From contig CAXXLF010000001.1 of assembly GCA_963664015.2 (NCBI GenBank), positions 224,001 through 288,000 of the forward strand: a stretch of DNA of 64,000 nt, given 5' to 3'. Below are positions 10,526 to 21,153 of this stretch, in pieces; positions within the stretch are counted from its first letter, which is position 1; each line of letters opens with the position of its first letter. The notes below the pieces were generated by a model that saw only the letters and a list, made by a program, of their open reading frames with translations, was not told where the DNA came from and ran no database searches. The position numbers and the translations under genes were made by a program. Source of the stretch: Candidatus Binatia bacterium (GTDB taxonomy: Bacteria; Desulfobacterota; Binatia; UBA9968; CAXXLF01).

Positions 10526-11499
10526 CTAATTTTCCTGCCAGGCCAAGAGAGAAAAAGCGCTGGTCGGCCCTGGAGATTGCTCGAGAACTCCTTCCACAAA
10601 TCGGAGAACCTTCCCTCCCCCCACCGCACCTTTTGACTGAATCCTAAATACACTGGATGAGACCTTTAGCTTGTTCTGGCCCACCAGGTTCGTTAACTGG
10701 GCGGCTTCCTGCGGTGACAAAGCCTCGAAGGTATTGAGCTGTTGCTCTGCGCTTCCGAGGCTAGAAAAGTTTTGGTCGTCAAAGGTCCCCAGTAAGTTGT
10801 CGGGGCCGGCGCGGTAGGGGCCCAATTTATCGGCAAACTCCTCACCCATTTTAAGAGCCAATAGGACTTCTCGCGGAGCCGTGTTCAGGTTGACCTTGCC
10901 GTCCGTATAGGCGGTGATAAATGCTCCGAAAGATTGGAAGGCTTCTTGGCTCATACCTTCTAATAGAAAAAGATCTTCCAAAACTCGAAAGGGCTTTCCT
11001 TGCACCTGTCCCAGCTTTTCCCCCGATTTTGACTGCTCAGGGCGCCAATCGAGAATGGAATCAGCAATTTCAGATGTCATTCCGGGAAGCCTGAGCAGGA
11101 CCGCTTGTGAAGCCGTATTGATATCTATCTTCCGGTCCTCATCCAAAACCCCGTATAGGACCTGCACTAACTCATCATTCCCCACCACGGCATAACTGAC
11201 CGTAAAGCGACCGTCCCCCAATTTAGCTTCCTTAAAAAGTTCCGTATTGTTTGCCCAAAGGTCTAAATAGGAGTCGACTTTGGGGGTCTCATCGTGCTCC
11301 AATTCGGCCACCGCACGATAGTATCCGGCCTTGCTAAATAAAGGGCCAGGGTCCGATCCCTTTGGTAACCCACTAGCCTCTGGTCAATTGAAGTCGAATA
11401 TCCAAGCCCGAGACCCAATAGAACCAGGAACGCCAAGATCCAAAGCACAACCATCAGAATCGAACCTTTGTCCGAAATAAGTTTACAGCTTCTGTTCAT
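10526..11499 (-). pseudogene. gspK: Frameshifted type II secretion minor pseudopilin GspK-like gene
   Basis: N-terminal KGSILMVVLWIL in one frame; DEDRKIDINTA, IADSILDWR, GKVNLNTAP in another. One missing base near 11330 would join them as LYLAKAGYYRAVAEL. Confidence 0.75.
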
Positions 11500-12211
11500 C
11501 GTGAAAGCCCTGGGAATAGCGGTAAATCTTTTGAATGGCGCTAGGGGTGAAGAGATTCTTGAGCGCCGCATGGCCGGCTTCCCGCATTCGAAAGGTAATC
11601 ATTCCCTCGGTATCCAAAAAATCCAGGGGTGGGATCATGGAACGGTAGCAGATACGATCCCAGAAGTTCTTCATTTTCTTGACCCGGGGGAGCAATCCCA
11701 TCTATCCCATCAGGACGAGCTGTAAGAGTTTGTACTCATTGGTCTCGTAGTTGAGCAAGGCGCGTAATATTTCCAGCGACTTTGAACTCAAACGCTGGGC
11801 TTCATCAATCAACAGTACGACGGTCTCATTTTCATTGACTCCCTTATCCTAGAGGAAGCGCACGATGGCCTCCAGGGATTCGGCTGAGGAGAGGGGCCCG
11901 GATCCGAGTTGGATCCGGAATATTTTTAGGAGTGCGGTAAGAAACTCTTCTTCGGCTTCATAAAACGGATTGAACATCAAATGGGAGGAGACCTTCTTAT
12001 CATTGTTTAGGATTTGAAACAGCCTGCGACTCAGTGTGGTCTTACCCGTACCCACATCCCCCAGGATGAGGCTCATTCCGCGCTTAAGTTTAATTGAGAC
12101 CTGCAAACGATACAGGGCATTCTTGTGAGCGGCGGACTCGTAAAAGAGTACTGGGTCCGGGCTCGTCGAAAACGGCTCTTTCTTCAAACCGAGGACTTGA
12201 TAGTAGCTCAT
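11483..12211 (-). pseudogene. ExeA/GspA-like AAA ATPase with two in-frame stops and a truncated C-terminus
   Basis: EPFSTSPDP, Walker A GDVGTGKT; the same frame continues past TAG (11849) to VVLLIDEAQ and LLQLVLMG*M; ends after YSQGF, overlapping the gspK start. Confidence 0.8.
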
Positions 12212-12570
12212 ATCCGCTCAGCAAGCCCCTCACTTTTAGCCAAATTTGTACGTTTTTGGACGCAATTCACCTCTTTTGTCATCCTCACCGGCTAAAGACC
12301 CACGGCTTCAGGGCCTGGATGTCATTCGTTGCCTGAATTGGACCCTCGGATCTTAAATGAGCAAGAAATATAGCAAAAATCAGGAGATGGAGTAAAAAGG
12401 GATAAATGCGGTTGAGACTAAAACTCTGTTTTAACTTTCAAATGTATCTTACCTGATGCCTCATTACCAATCTTACCAACACGTTACCAGTTTATCACCT
12501 GAACATATGGAAGGTAATTAATTTACGGGATAAGCAATGTGGGTGGGTCCGACTATCAAGATAACAAATG

Positions 12571-12831
12571 CTATTTCTCGCTGCCTAGAAGCTCGTCAAG
12601 TTCCCCTGTAGCATCGAGTTCCCGGATCTCCTGGTATCCGCCCAGGGGCTTCCCATCCACAAAGATCTGAGGCACGGTCAGCCGACCTGATAAGCGCCGA
12701 ACTTCTTTATGTAGAGCTTCATCATCGCCCATTTCCACCTCTTCGAATTCGACGCCCTTGGAGCTGAGCAAGGCCATGGCTTGCCGGCAGAAGGGGCAAG
12801 GATCTCTTGTGTAGACAACTATTTTCGCCAT
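12571..12831 (-). CDS. grxC: Glutaredoxin 3
   Basis: CPFC, TVPQIFV, GG. Confidence 0.9.
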   Translation of the reverse strand: MAKIVVYTRDPCPFCRQAMALLSSKGVEFEEVEMGDDEALHKEVRRLSGRLTVPQIFVDGKPLGGYQEIRELDATGELDELLGSEK

Positions 12832-13048
12832 AGTGCTTCAGTTATACTACTTTGTCCGTCGGGCCTTGTCCAATGCGGACTGAGGGGTCACGGAAGAAGC
12901 AGGAATCTGCCGGAGATTTTCGTCCGAATCAGAACCGCTACTAATTACTGTTTAACACTTCCTAGTTTTTTATCTTTTTTCCATAGCTCATAAATAATTA
13001 AGGCTATCCAATCAAGTGATCGATGAAACTTCAAAACACCTTTGACTC

Positions 13049-13126
13049 CTAGCCCAAAAATTCGAGCTCATTTTGGACTATATCCACCGTTGCCGGATTG
13101 TCTTCTACCTGGAGCATTCGCCTTTC
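13049..13126 (-). pseudogene. Short remnant of a response-regulator receiver domain
   Basis: Hand translation RRMLQVEDNPATVDIVQNELEFLG* resembles receiver beta1-alpha1 (ILxVEDN...LE..GY). Confidence 0.4.
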
Positions 13127-13464
13127 CTTGAATAGGGTAAACCCTTTATAATTTTATCATAGAGGGCATACTCAGGCTACAATTTTATCCAACGCATAAA
13201 CCTATAGCATCTCACCATATAATACAGGAGAACTAGATGATATTACTGAATTATATATCATACCTTAGAATAACCGATTAGTGAGCCTCCCGCGCCACTC
13301 CGCACACCTCTACGCAGCCTCCTTTTCCCAGGACTACGCCAGAGAGCCACACCCCGTCTCGTAGCCAAAAAACACCTCACAGGCTTTGGTCTGTGGCAAA
13401 AATAGTATATCATAACTTAAGGATTTCATGGACATTTCGACTCAGAGGTACCCAGCTAATTAAT

Positions 13465-14055
13465 ATGAATGTGATCGGTTTAACGGGCGGTATTGCAACT
13501 GGAAAGAGCGTAGTGGCCTCTCTCCTTCGGGAAATGGGGGCGGTGATCGTGGATGCCGATCAATTGGCTCGTGAAATCGTTCGTCCAGGACAAAAAGCGT
13601 GGCAAGAGATCCTTACCACCTTCGGACCTGATATCCTGAAGGATGACCAAACCATAAATCGGGAGAAACTGAGAGAGATGGTTTTTAAGGACCCGAGCGC
13701 TAGGAAAAGGCTTGAAACCATTACCCACCCCCGAATCCGGGAGTTGGCTCAGGAAAGGATCTCAGCGGCCACCGCCAAGCAGACCGAGGTGGTCGTATAC
13801 ATGGCCCCGCTACTTTTCGAGAACAAGGTCCATCTATGGATCCACCCTGTTGTTCTGGTCACCTGCGACCTGGACGTCCAGAAACAAAGGTTAAAGAAAC
13901 GGGACAAACTCAATGATTCGGAAATCGAAAGGCACCTGAGTGCCCAAATGCCCATGAAAGAAAAGAAAGAACTGGCCGATCTGGTGGTAGAAAACAACGG
14001 TGATCTTGAAGAGCTCAAAAAAACGGTTCAAGCGGTCTGGCAGGATATCAAGTAG
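13465..14055 (+). CDS. coaE: Dephospho-CoA kinase
   Basis: IGLTGGIATGKS, DAD..AR, LE.ITHP.I, PLLFE. Confidence 0.95.
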   Translation: MNVIGLTGGIATGKSVVASLLREMGAVIVDADQLAREIVRPGQKAWQEILTTFGPDILKDDQTINREKLREMVFKDPSARKRLETITHPRIRELAQERISAATAKQTEVVVYMAPLLFENKVHLWIHPVVLVTCDLDVQKQRLKKRDKLNDSEIERHLSAQMPMKEKKELADLVVENNGDLEELKKTVQAVWQDIK

Positions 14056-14617
14056 ATTTCACTCGTTCCAGATACCTCCCCTCAGAAGGGTCCACACGGA
14101 CCCGGTCACCCACCTGGATAAACGGCGGGACTTGAATCGTCACACTGGTTTCTAGTTTCGCTGGCTTGTACGATGCGCTTGCGGTAGCCCCCTTGATGAT
14201 AGGCTCGGTCTCAATAACTTCCAGATCTACCGTTTTAGGTGGATTCACACCGAGGGCCTTCCCTTCATAGAACTCGATCTCTACTACCTGGCTCGGCATT
14301 AAATAGGACAAGATATTGCCGATTTCTTCTTGAGATAAGGCAATCTGATCATAAGTCTCCGTATCCATAAAGGTGTGGAGTCCCCCGTCCTCATACAGGT
14401 ACTGCATGGAACGAGTTTCTAGAGTTGCCAACTCGATCTTGTCCTCAGAACGGAATCGGTTTTCAGTCCCCACCCTGGTTTTTATGCTTTTCAGCTTGGA
14501 TTGCACCAAACCCCGTTTGTTTCCAGGCGTCAGATGCTTTATGAGTGTTATCCGGAAAAGATCACCCTGGTAGATGATCAGCATGCCCGGTCTCAGTTGT
14601 GTTGCATTAATTTGCAT
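14048..14617 (-). CDS. efp: Translation elongation factor P
   Basis: A..LRPGM, MQYLY.D, FMD.ETYDQ, KPAKLET, VPPFI..GD...VD...G.Y..R. Confidence 0.95.
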   Translation of the reverse strand: MQINATQLRPGMLIIYQGDLFRITLIKHLTPGNKRGLVQSKLKSIKTRVGTENRFRSEDKIELATLETRSMQYLYEDGGLHTFMDTETYDQIALSQEEIGNILSYLMPSQVVEIEFYEGKALGVNPPKTVDLEVIETEPIIKGATASASYKPAKLETSVTIQVPPFIQVGDRVRVDPSEGRYLERVKST

Positions 14618-14696
14618 AGTTCTAATTTCTAATTTGGAATTGGTAATTAGTCAACGGTGGCCCCAGCACCCAATCGAATATCCCTGTTTCGAATGG

Positions 14697-15870
14697 CTAT
14701 TGAGTGGGTCTTAGGCGTATAGCCCGCCCCACCCGTTCAACCCCGATCATCTGCGCCGCCAGTATCATGCCGATTTTCCCCCGCTGGCTCAATTGGAGAA
14801 CTTCACGGAATGCTTGCGTCATCATTTCCCTGAGCTTTTGGTTCACCTCCGCTTCGTTCCAGAAAAAATTCTGCAGGTCCTGGACTCACTCGAAATAGGG
14901 AACAATAACTCCGCCGGCATTGGCTAGTATATCGGGAATGATGAATATTTATTTATCTTCAAGTATTTTATCCGCCTCCAAATTGGTCGGGCCATTGGCC
15001 CCTTCGGCAAGAATCCTGCATTTCAGCCTAGCGGTGTTCTTCGAAGTAATCTCTAACTCATCTGCGGCTCTTTTCCTTGTGGAGAATAATTTCTTCCAGG
15101 TCCATCCCATGCTCATTAAACAGCGCACCGGACCGGTCACTGACAGCAGTCACCTTAACACCCAATGCCGCCAAATCCTTAGCGGCAACCATGCCCACAT
15201 TGCCAAAACCCTGAACCACCGCACTTGACCATTTCAAATTCAGCTTAAAGTGTTCCGCCGCCTCGACGATTGTGTAGACCAATCCCCGTCCGGTGGCCTC
15301 TTCTCTTCCCAGCGTGCCGCCGATATCCACCGGTTTTCCAGTTACGATATCGGGTACCGAATAACCCTTGTGCTGGCTATAAGGGTCCATAATCCAGAAC
15401 ATTACCTGCTCGTTGGTCCCCATATCTGGGGCAACAATGTCAATTTCCGGCCCAATGAAATTCAGGATTTCCGCGGTAAATCGCCGCGTCATACCTTGGA
15501 GTTCGCTACGGGAGAGTTCTCTGGGGTCACAGGTGATTCATCCTTTGGCTCCACCCAAAGGTAAGCCCACCAAGGCGTACTGTCCATGTCATCCACATGG
15601 ACAGTGCAAAGACCTCTCCCAGATTGACCCTCGGATGATAGCGCAATCCACCTTTGAAAGGTCCAGGACATCGTTATACTGCACCCGGTACCCGGCAAAC
15701 ATTCGAACCTCGCCATTATCCATCCTGGTTGGGACGCTAACGATCAAGGCCCGATCCGGCTGTTTCAGCCGACGGGCGATGTTGTGATCCAGGTTCAACC
15801 GCTCGGCCGCAATTTCGAACTGCTTAATCGCTAACTCGCTTGCCGGACTATCCCACTCGATGGTTTCCAT
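14697..15870 (-). pseudogene. Glu/Leu/Phe/Val dehydrogenase pseudogene with multiple frameshifts, a stop and a deletion
   Basis: Fragments in different frames: [63 protein letters not shown]. Confidence 0.85.
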
Positions 15871-15963
15871 ATATTCCTCCCACTCTACCCCTTCCCCATT
15901 TTTGATCTTAGATTCAATCCAAACTCCCCGATCCAAAATCTAAAAACCCTAATCTAAAATTCC

Positions 15964-16308
15964 TTATCCCGGTGGCCACTTCATCGGCCGTCCCCCCAGA
16001 AGGTGAAAGTGAATGTGAAACACACTTTGCCCCGCCGCCGCTCCACAGTTAGCTACGAGACGAAAGCCTTGTTCTGCAACACCATGTTCCCTGGCAAGCC
16101 GGGTAGCCACAGAGCAAATGTGACCCATCAGTTCCACGTCCAAATCGTTCAAATCAAGAAGAGTCTCAATGTGTCTGAGGGGAACGATGAGAAGATGTAG
16201 TGGAGCCTGGGGATTGACGTCCTCGATCGCCGCCACCGATTCATCTTGAAAGAGCACCTTCCCTTGGATTTCTCCGGCAATTATCCCACAAAAGATACAC
16301 GTGCTCAA
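15964..16308 (-). CDS. Histidine triad (HIT) nucleotide-binding protein
   Basis: CIFC.I, D.NPQAP.H.L, AGQSVFHIHFHLLGGR..WPPG. Confidence 0.95.
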   Translation of the reverse strand: MSTCIFCGIIAGEIQGKVLFQDESVAAIEDVNPQAPLHLLIVPLRHIETLLDLNDLDVELMGHICSVATRLAREHGVAEQGFRLVANCGAAAGQSVFHIHFHLLGGRPMKWPPG

Positions 16309-16334
16309 ATTTCACCTCTCAGAATCTACTCAAC

Positions 16335-16691
16335 TCAAATCTCAGGGCAAAAGGCAAGGATACGCCCTTCCTTGATCCGCATCGGGATGCGGACTAAAGA
16401 GGCTCCGAAGCAGGGCCCCCATACACATTCGCCCGTGTTGGGTTTGTAGGTAGCGCCGTGATTCGCGCAGATCAAGTAGCGTTTGTCGTCGGAAAAAAAT
16501 TGGTTATCCAGCCAATCCATGGAAAGAGGGATATGACAGCACTCATTGACATAGGCAAAGATATCCCCCTCGTAACAGACCAACAACCCCTCTACAGTCT
16601 TACTCTGACAACGCAGCGTAAACTTCTTGGTCGTGCCATGGATGAGTTCATCGGTCCGGCCCACCGCTTTACCTTGCGCGCTCCTCGCCAT
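16335..16691 (-). CDS. Rieske [2Fe-2S] ferredoxin-like protein
   Basis: NECCH...ICANHGA.Y.P.TGEC..GPC. Confidence 0.9.
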   Translation of the reverse strand: MARSAQGKAVGRTDELIHGTTKKFTLRCQSKTVEGLLVCYEGDIFAYVNECCHIPLSMDWLDNQFFSDDKRYLICANHGATYKPNTGECVWGPCFGASLVRIPMRIKEGRILAFCPEI

Positions 16692-16700
16692 AATGCCCCG

Positions 16701-17189
16701 TTAATCGGCCAAGTCCACCAGGAAGGATAGATCCCCTTCCGGGCAGCCAACCAAAATCTTTCCCTGTTCCACCAGCACCGGCAGCCGATAAAGAGACAGC
16801 CCCTTGCAGGGCCCATCGACACAGAGCCCAGAGTGGGGTTCATAAATCGCCCCATGCATCATGCAGATCAGGTGGCGTTGCTCGTCAGTGTGGAATTGGT
16901 TACGAACAAAATCCAGCGGAGTGGCCATGTGTCGACACCGGTTGATATACGCGTGGTAACTGCCTCCGTCGTTGAGCAGCAAACAATCGATTCGATACTT
17001 TTCGCAGATGAGCCAAAACTTCATCACGGCGCCATGCGCCAATTCACCGTCCCGAGCAATGATTCTTCCGCTCAGTCGTCCCTTTTCCTCCATCTGGGTC
17101 TTGTCCCGTAGGAGAACTCGCCGACGCACCAACAGGCCAACAACATAAAGGACGAGAAACACTAGGGAAATATAGATGGTCAATTCCAT
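16701..17189 (-). CDS. Rieske [2Fe-2S] protein with N-terminal membrane anchor
   Basis: NRCRH...ICMMHGA.YEP.SG.C..GPC; hydrophobic first 20 aa. Confidence 0.88.
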   Translation of the reverse strand: MELTIYISLVFLVLYVVGLLVRRRVLLRDKTQMEEKGRLSGRIIARDGELAHGAVMKFWLICEKYRIDCLLLNDGGSYHAYINRCRHMATPLDFVRNQFHTDEQRHLICMMHGAIYEPHSGLCVDGPCKGLSLYRLPVLVEQGKILVGCPEGDLSFLVDLAD

Positions 17190-17310
17190 GCCAGGTTACG
17201 GTTGCTCTACTGTTCGTGAATTTCTTGACGGACATTTCCTAAGTTTGCAAGTTTGTCGAATCGGTCGAACCACTTTGTGCTCGCCTCAAGAAGCGGGGGG
17301 TTACATTCAA

Positions 17311-17634
17311 TCAATCAGGTTCCTTATCGTTGGACTGACGAATGCGCTTCACATCCTGGGGACTCTGCCGTTCGCTCATTCCCATGACCGAAAGAAGCTC
17401 ATTGGTCATTTCCGCCGTGACCTGATCCTGGACGCTGCCCTTCCCCTCCGGATCAGCCTTGAGAAACACCAAGATCTTGTCAGGGACCACACCGGTTTCT
17501 TCCAGTCCACTTAAGAACTCCCCATAACCCACTCGTCCGCGGAGTTCCTCCACTTTTTTTAGAAGCCTTTTACAATCCTTGCAGATTTTAGACCAAAGCC
17601 CCGCCGAGTCTTCACAGTAAATACAACGCGCCAT
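17311..17634 (-). CDS. Hypothetical protein with N-terminal CxxC-x10-CxxC
   Basis: CIYC...ICKDC; co-oriented within the operon. Confidence 0.65.
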   Translation of the reverse strand: MARCIYCEDSAGLWSKICKDCKRLLKKVEELRGRVGYGEFLSGLEETGVVPDKILVFLKADPEGKGSVQDQVTAEMTNELLSVMGMSERQSPQDVKRIRQSNDKEPD

Positions 17635-17645
17635 AGGGTGAGACC

Positions 17646-18446
17646 TTACCGAGCTCGATCGAGCTGGGGTGATATGAGCTGCTGAATCTCCGGAGCCAAA
17701 TTTTGATTGGCTGCTACCAAACCGTGAAATACCGGTTCCGATTGGTTGAACTGTAGACCCTTTCCAGCGCCATCAACGGCAACGCCGCCGGCTTCCTCCA
17801 CGATCAATACCCCGGCGCACACGTCCCATTCATGGATGGAATGAAAGGTAATCGCCCCATCCCCTTCCCCTGCGGCGACCAAGGCCAATCGATAGGCAAT
17901 GCTTCCTACCGGCTCTAACTGATATCGGTTTACGAAGGGAGTGAACTTGCGCCAAGGCTCCGAACGGCTGACCATGAGGCGAGCCCCTACGGGGTCCTTA
18001 CGGGTCGAAACGCTGATGGGAGCTTCGTTGAGTGTAGCGCCACCCCCACGTACGGCCGCAAAAAGCTTCTCCGTCGCCGGATTATAAACGACCCCTAACG
18101 CGGCACTCCCATCGACGACTAGACCAATGGAAACCGAGAATTGGGGAACGCACTGAATGAAATACTTGGTCCCGTCAATAGGGTCGATCATCCAGACGCG
18201 GGATTTCCCAAGTCTCTTGGAATCATCTTGATTCTCTTCTGAGAGCCAACCATCATTGGGAAAGCGGCCCAATAGGGTTTTTTGAATTTTAAGATTGGCT
18301 TCTAAATCCGCTGTGGTCACAGGCTGACCTTTGGACTTTTCCTCGATGTGGTATTCCTTACCATAGAAGGCCATGATAATACTCCCCGCTGCCCTGGCCG
18401 CCTCCAAGGCGACATTCAGGGATTCCGAGAGATGGTTATCACCCAT
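17646..18446 (-). CDS. cysQ: 3'(2'),5'-bisphosphate nucleotidase CysQ / inositol monophosphatase family
   Basis: PVT.AD, LSEE, W.IDPIDGT, HEWDVCAG; start codon uncertain (ORF open to 18473). Confidence 0.8.
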   Translation of the reverse strand: MGDNHLSESLNVALEAARAAGSIIMAFYGKEYHIEEKSKGQPVTTADLEANLKIQKTLLGRFPNDGWLSEENQDDSKRLGKSRVWMIDPIDGTKYFIQCVPQFSVSIGLVVDGSAALGVVYNPATEKLFAAVRGGGATLNEAPISVSTRKDPVGARLMVSRSEPWRKFTPFVNRYQLEPVGSIAYRLALVAAGEGDGAITFHSIHEWDVCAGVLIVEEAGGVAVDGAGKGLQFNQSEPVFHGLVAANQNLAPEIQQLISPQLDRAR

Positions 18447-18665
18447 TACTATTTTGCCCTCTGTAAACATCAAACATTGGAATTACTCGGCCTATGCAAA
18501 GTGGGTTTACACGATCCTCATTGGGAATACGCCCCAAATCCTTTAGACACTGTTTTGGGGATATTTTAGCTTTGAGATCATTGGGATCAACATCTTTCCT
18601 TCTAAACCCTGCTGTAGGACAAGAAGAACCGTCAGACCTAAATCCCTAATCGCCTTTTCCACCGT

Positions 18666-19253
18666 TCAGGAACCGTTCGGCAAGTCCGATTCCACCTCCG
18701 CGCCCGCTCGGAGCATCTCTTCAACGGCGCGATCTGCGTCCCCCGGCTTCAAATCGACTCCACGAACTGCATCTTTGATCAGAACGACCTTAAACCCCTG
18801 CTTCAAACCATCGAGAACCGTCGCCTTCACACAGTAGTCCGTTGCCAACCCGCCCACGAAGAGCCTGTCTACCCCTAGTGTCCGCAGAAGATCTCCAAGC
18901 AAGGTTCCGGTTTCGTCCCGAGCCTCAAAACCCGAGAACCCGTCCTCATCGGGAGCCGTGCCAGAAGAGACAATCCTCACTTCCGGGAACAACGCCAGAT
19001 CGGGAAGAAACTCGGCGCCTCGAGTTCCTTGAATACAATGGGGCGGCCAAACTCCCCCACTATTATTAAAATGACTGGTCTTTTCCGGGTGCCAATCACG
19101 GGTGGCAAAGACCGGCAGTTTGGCTGCTCGAAAACGTTCTATGTATCGGTTCAGGACCGGTACCACCTGATCCCCTGCCGGCACCGCCAAGGCTCCACCA
19201 CGGCAGAAATCCCTTTGCACGTCGATAAGTACCAGCGCATGTCCCTTCTGCAT
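18666..19253 (-). CDS. pncA: Nicotinamidase/pyrazinamidase
   Basis: IDVQRDFC.GGALAV, TRDWHP, WPPHC.QG, GLATDYCV. Confidence 0.9.
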   Translation of the reverse strand: MQKGHALVLIDVQRDFCRGGALAVPAGDQVVPVLNRYIERFRAAKLPVFATRDWHPEKTSHFNNSGGVWPPHCIQGTRGAEFLPDLALFPEVRIVSSGTAPDEDGFSGFEARDETGTLLGDLLRTLGVDRLFVGGLATDYCVKATVLDGLKQGFKVVLIKDAVRGVDLKPGDADRAVEEMLRAGAEVESDLPNGS

Positions 19254-19320
19254 AGTTTAAGTATAACGAATCATGATAAGGTTGCAATTCACCCACCGTT
19301 ATGACAAATAGCTCTCCAAC

Positions 19321-20028
19321 ATGGCCTTGAAGGGGATTCTATTGGACGCAGCCGGGACTCTCTTTAAATCGGTTCGACCGATCGGAGAGAGCTACTCCTT
19401 GTTCGCTGAGCGCCACGGCAAAGAGGTCTCAAAGGAGCAGTTGGCCGGACGTTTCCGTCAATGTCACACCACGGCTCCCCCACTTGCCTTTCCAACGGCA
19501 CAGGGTGATGAACTCAAGAAAAGGGAGCGAAACTGGTGGCGGGAATTAGTGCGGGAGGTCTTCGAGCCCTACACCCCTTTCGAACGCTTTGACGCTTATT
19601 TTGCAGAGCTTTTTGACTATTTCAGCAAGCCGGAGGCCTGGTCCCTTTTCGATGACACGGCTGAGACCCTGCATTCCCTCAGACAACGCGGGTTGACCCT
19701 CTGCGTCATATCGAATTTCGACTCCCGTCTCTTCGGCATCCTCGAAGGGCTAGAAATCAGTTCGTATTTCAATTCTATCTTGATCTCGAGCCAGGTAGGT
19801 TACGCCAAGCCGGCAGCGGAGATATTCCATGAGGCCCTCAGTCGACACGGCCTCAAGCCCGATGAGGTCCTCCACGTTGGCGACAGCCCCGAGACCGACA
19901 TTGCTGGAGCAGCAAGTGCAGGATTGGAAGCGGTCCTACTGGACCCCAAATCCAGTGGCGCGCCAAGCACCGGATCTATTCAGCATCTCAAAGAGATCCT
20001 TTCGATCGTCGACCGGAGAAACCAGTAA
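19321..20028 (+). CDS. HAD-superfamily hydrolase (HAD-IA, REG-2-like)
   Basis: LDAAGTL, SNFDSR, KP...IF, HVGDS...D..GA. Confidence 0.9.
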   Translation: MALKGILLDAAGTLFKSVRPIGESYSLFAERHGKEVSKEQLAGRFRQCHTTAPPLAFPTAQGDELKKRERNWWRELVREVFEPYTPFERFDAYFAELFDYFSKPEAWSLFDDTAETLHSLRQRGLTLCVISNFDSRLFGILEGLEISSYFNSILISSQVGYAKPAAEIFHEALSRHGLKPDEVLHVGDSPETDIAGAASAGLEAVLLDPKSSGAPSTGSIQHLKEILSIVDRRNQ

Positions 20029-20139
20029 GAAAATCCAACCCATGGGGCCGACCACTCGTTTAGCCAGACGCCTGACAGGGCTTCCAACGAACACAGCACT
20101 CGAATCGAAACGTCGCTTCAAGAAGTACTTTTTTTCAGG

Positions 20140-20168
20140 TTGACAGCCTTTCTATTGCCGGATATCCT
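20140..20168 (+). promoter_or_regulatory. Putative sigma70 promoter of metF
   Basis: TTGACA-17 nt-TATCCT ending 23 nt before the ATG. Confidence 0.6.
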
Positions 20169-20191
20169 CTCGTAACCTTGTTTTTTCATCC

Positions 20192-21103
20192 ATGAAGATC
20201 CACGACCTATTCGTAAAAGATGAACCTGTCTTCTCTTTCGAGTTTTTTCCTCCCAAGGACGATGGGGGAGTCGATGCACTCTTTCATACCATTGAAACCT
20301 TGAGGGGACTGAACCCGAGCTTTGTGTCGATTACCTACGGCGCCGGAGGAAGCACGCGCCGCACAACCGTCGAGATTACCAAACGCATCAAGCAAGAGAT
20401 CGGAATCGAGGCTATGGCACACCTCACCTGTGTGGGTCATAGCCGGGCAGAGATCCTACAGATTCTGGACGAATTGGAGCGTTCGGAAATCGAGAACATC
20501 ATGACCCTGAGAGGGGACCCGCCCAAGGGGGAGAGTAACTTTGTTCCACACCCGGACGGGTTCCAACATGCCAATGAACTGGTCAGCTTCATCCAATCCC
20601 GCAAGAGCTTTTGTCTGGGGGCGGCCGGGTACCCAGAGGTTCATCCTGAGGCCTCAAGCAAGGAGACGGATCTCGCTAATCTCAAACGAAAGGTTGAGGC
20701 GGGAGGGCAATTCATAATCACCCAACTCTTCTTCGACAACAGCCGCTATTTTGACTTTGTCTTACGGGCACGGGATGCCGGGATTCACGTTCCCATCATT
20801 CCAGGAATCATGCCCATCTCCAATGTAACCCAAATCAAACGGTTCAGCCAAATGTGCGGGGCTACCATTCCCCCTGAACTGATGACAGATCTGGAAAAGG
20901 TGGAGGGAAACGGCGAAGCGGTTACCCGGATGGGTATCCGGTACGCGACCACCCAGTGTGAGGAGCTTCTAACAGGCGGCGCACCGGGGATTCACTTTTA
21001 TACGTTAAACAAATCCCTTGCGACCCAGACGATACTGTCTGAACTCAAATCCCGACTGGGTAACCCAGAGCTTGCCGTGGGGAAGAGAAACAACCCGAAT
21101 TAG
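20192..21103 (+). CDS. metF: 5,10-methylenetetrahydrofolate reductase
   Basis: SFEFFPPK, TYGAGGS, AHLTC, LRGDPP, ITQLFFD, HFYTLN. Confidence 0.96.
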   Translation: MKIHDLFVKDEPVFSFEFFPPKDDGGVDALFHTIETLRGLNPSFVSITYGAGGSTRRTTVEITKRIKQEIGIEAMAHLTCVGHSRAEILQILDELERSEIENIMTLRGDPPKGESNFVPHPDGFQHANELVSFIQSRKSFCLGAAGYPEVHPEASSKETDLANLKRKVEAGGQFIITQLFFDNSRYFDFVLRARDAGIHVPIIPGIMPISNVTQIKRFSQMCGATIPPELMTDLEKVEGNGEAVTRMGIRYATTQCEELLTGGAPGIHFYTLNKSLATQTILSELKSRLGNPELAVGKRNNPN

Positions 21104-21153
21104 CACCCTGGCCTGGGACGGCCACAGCTGATGAATCGCCCCTCTTCAACAGG

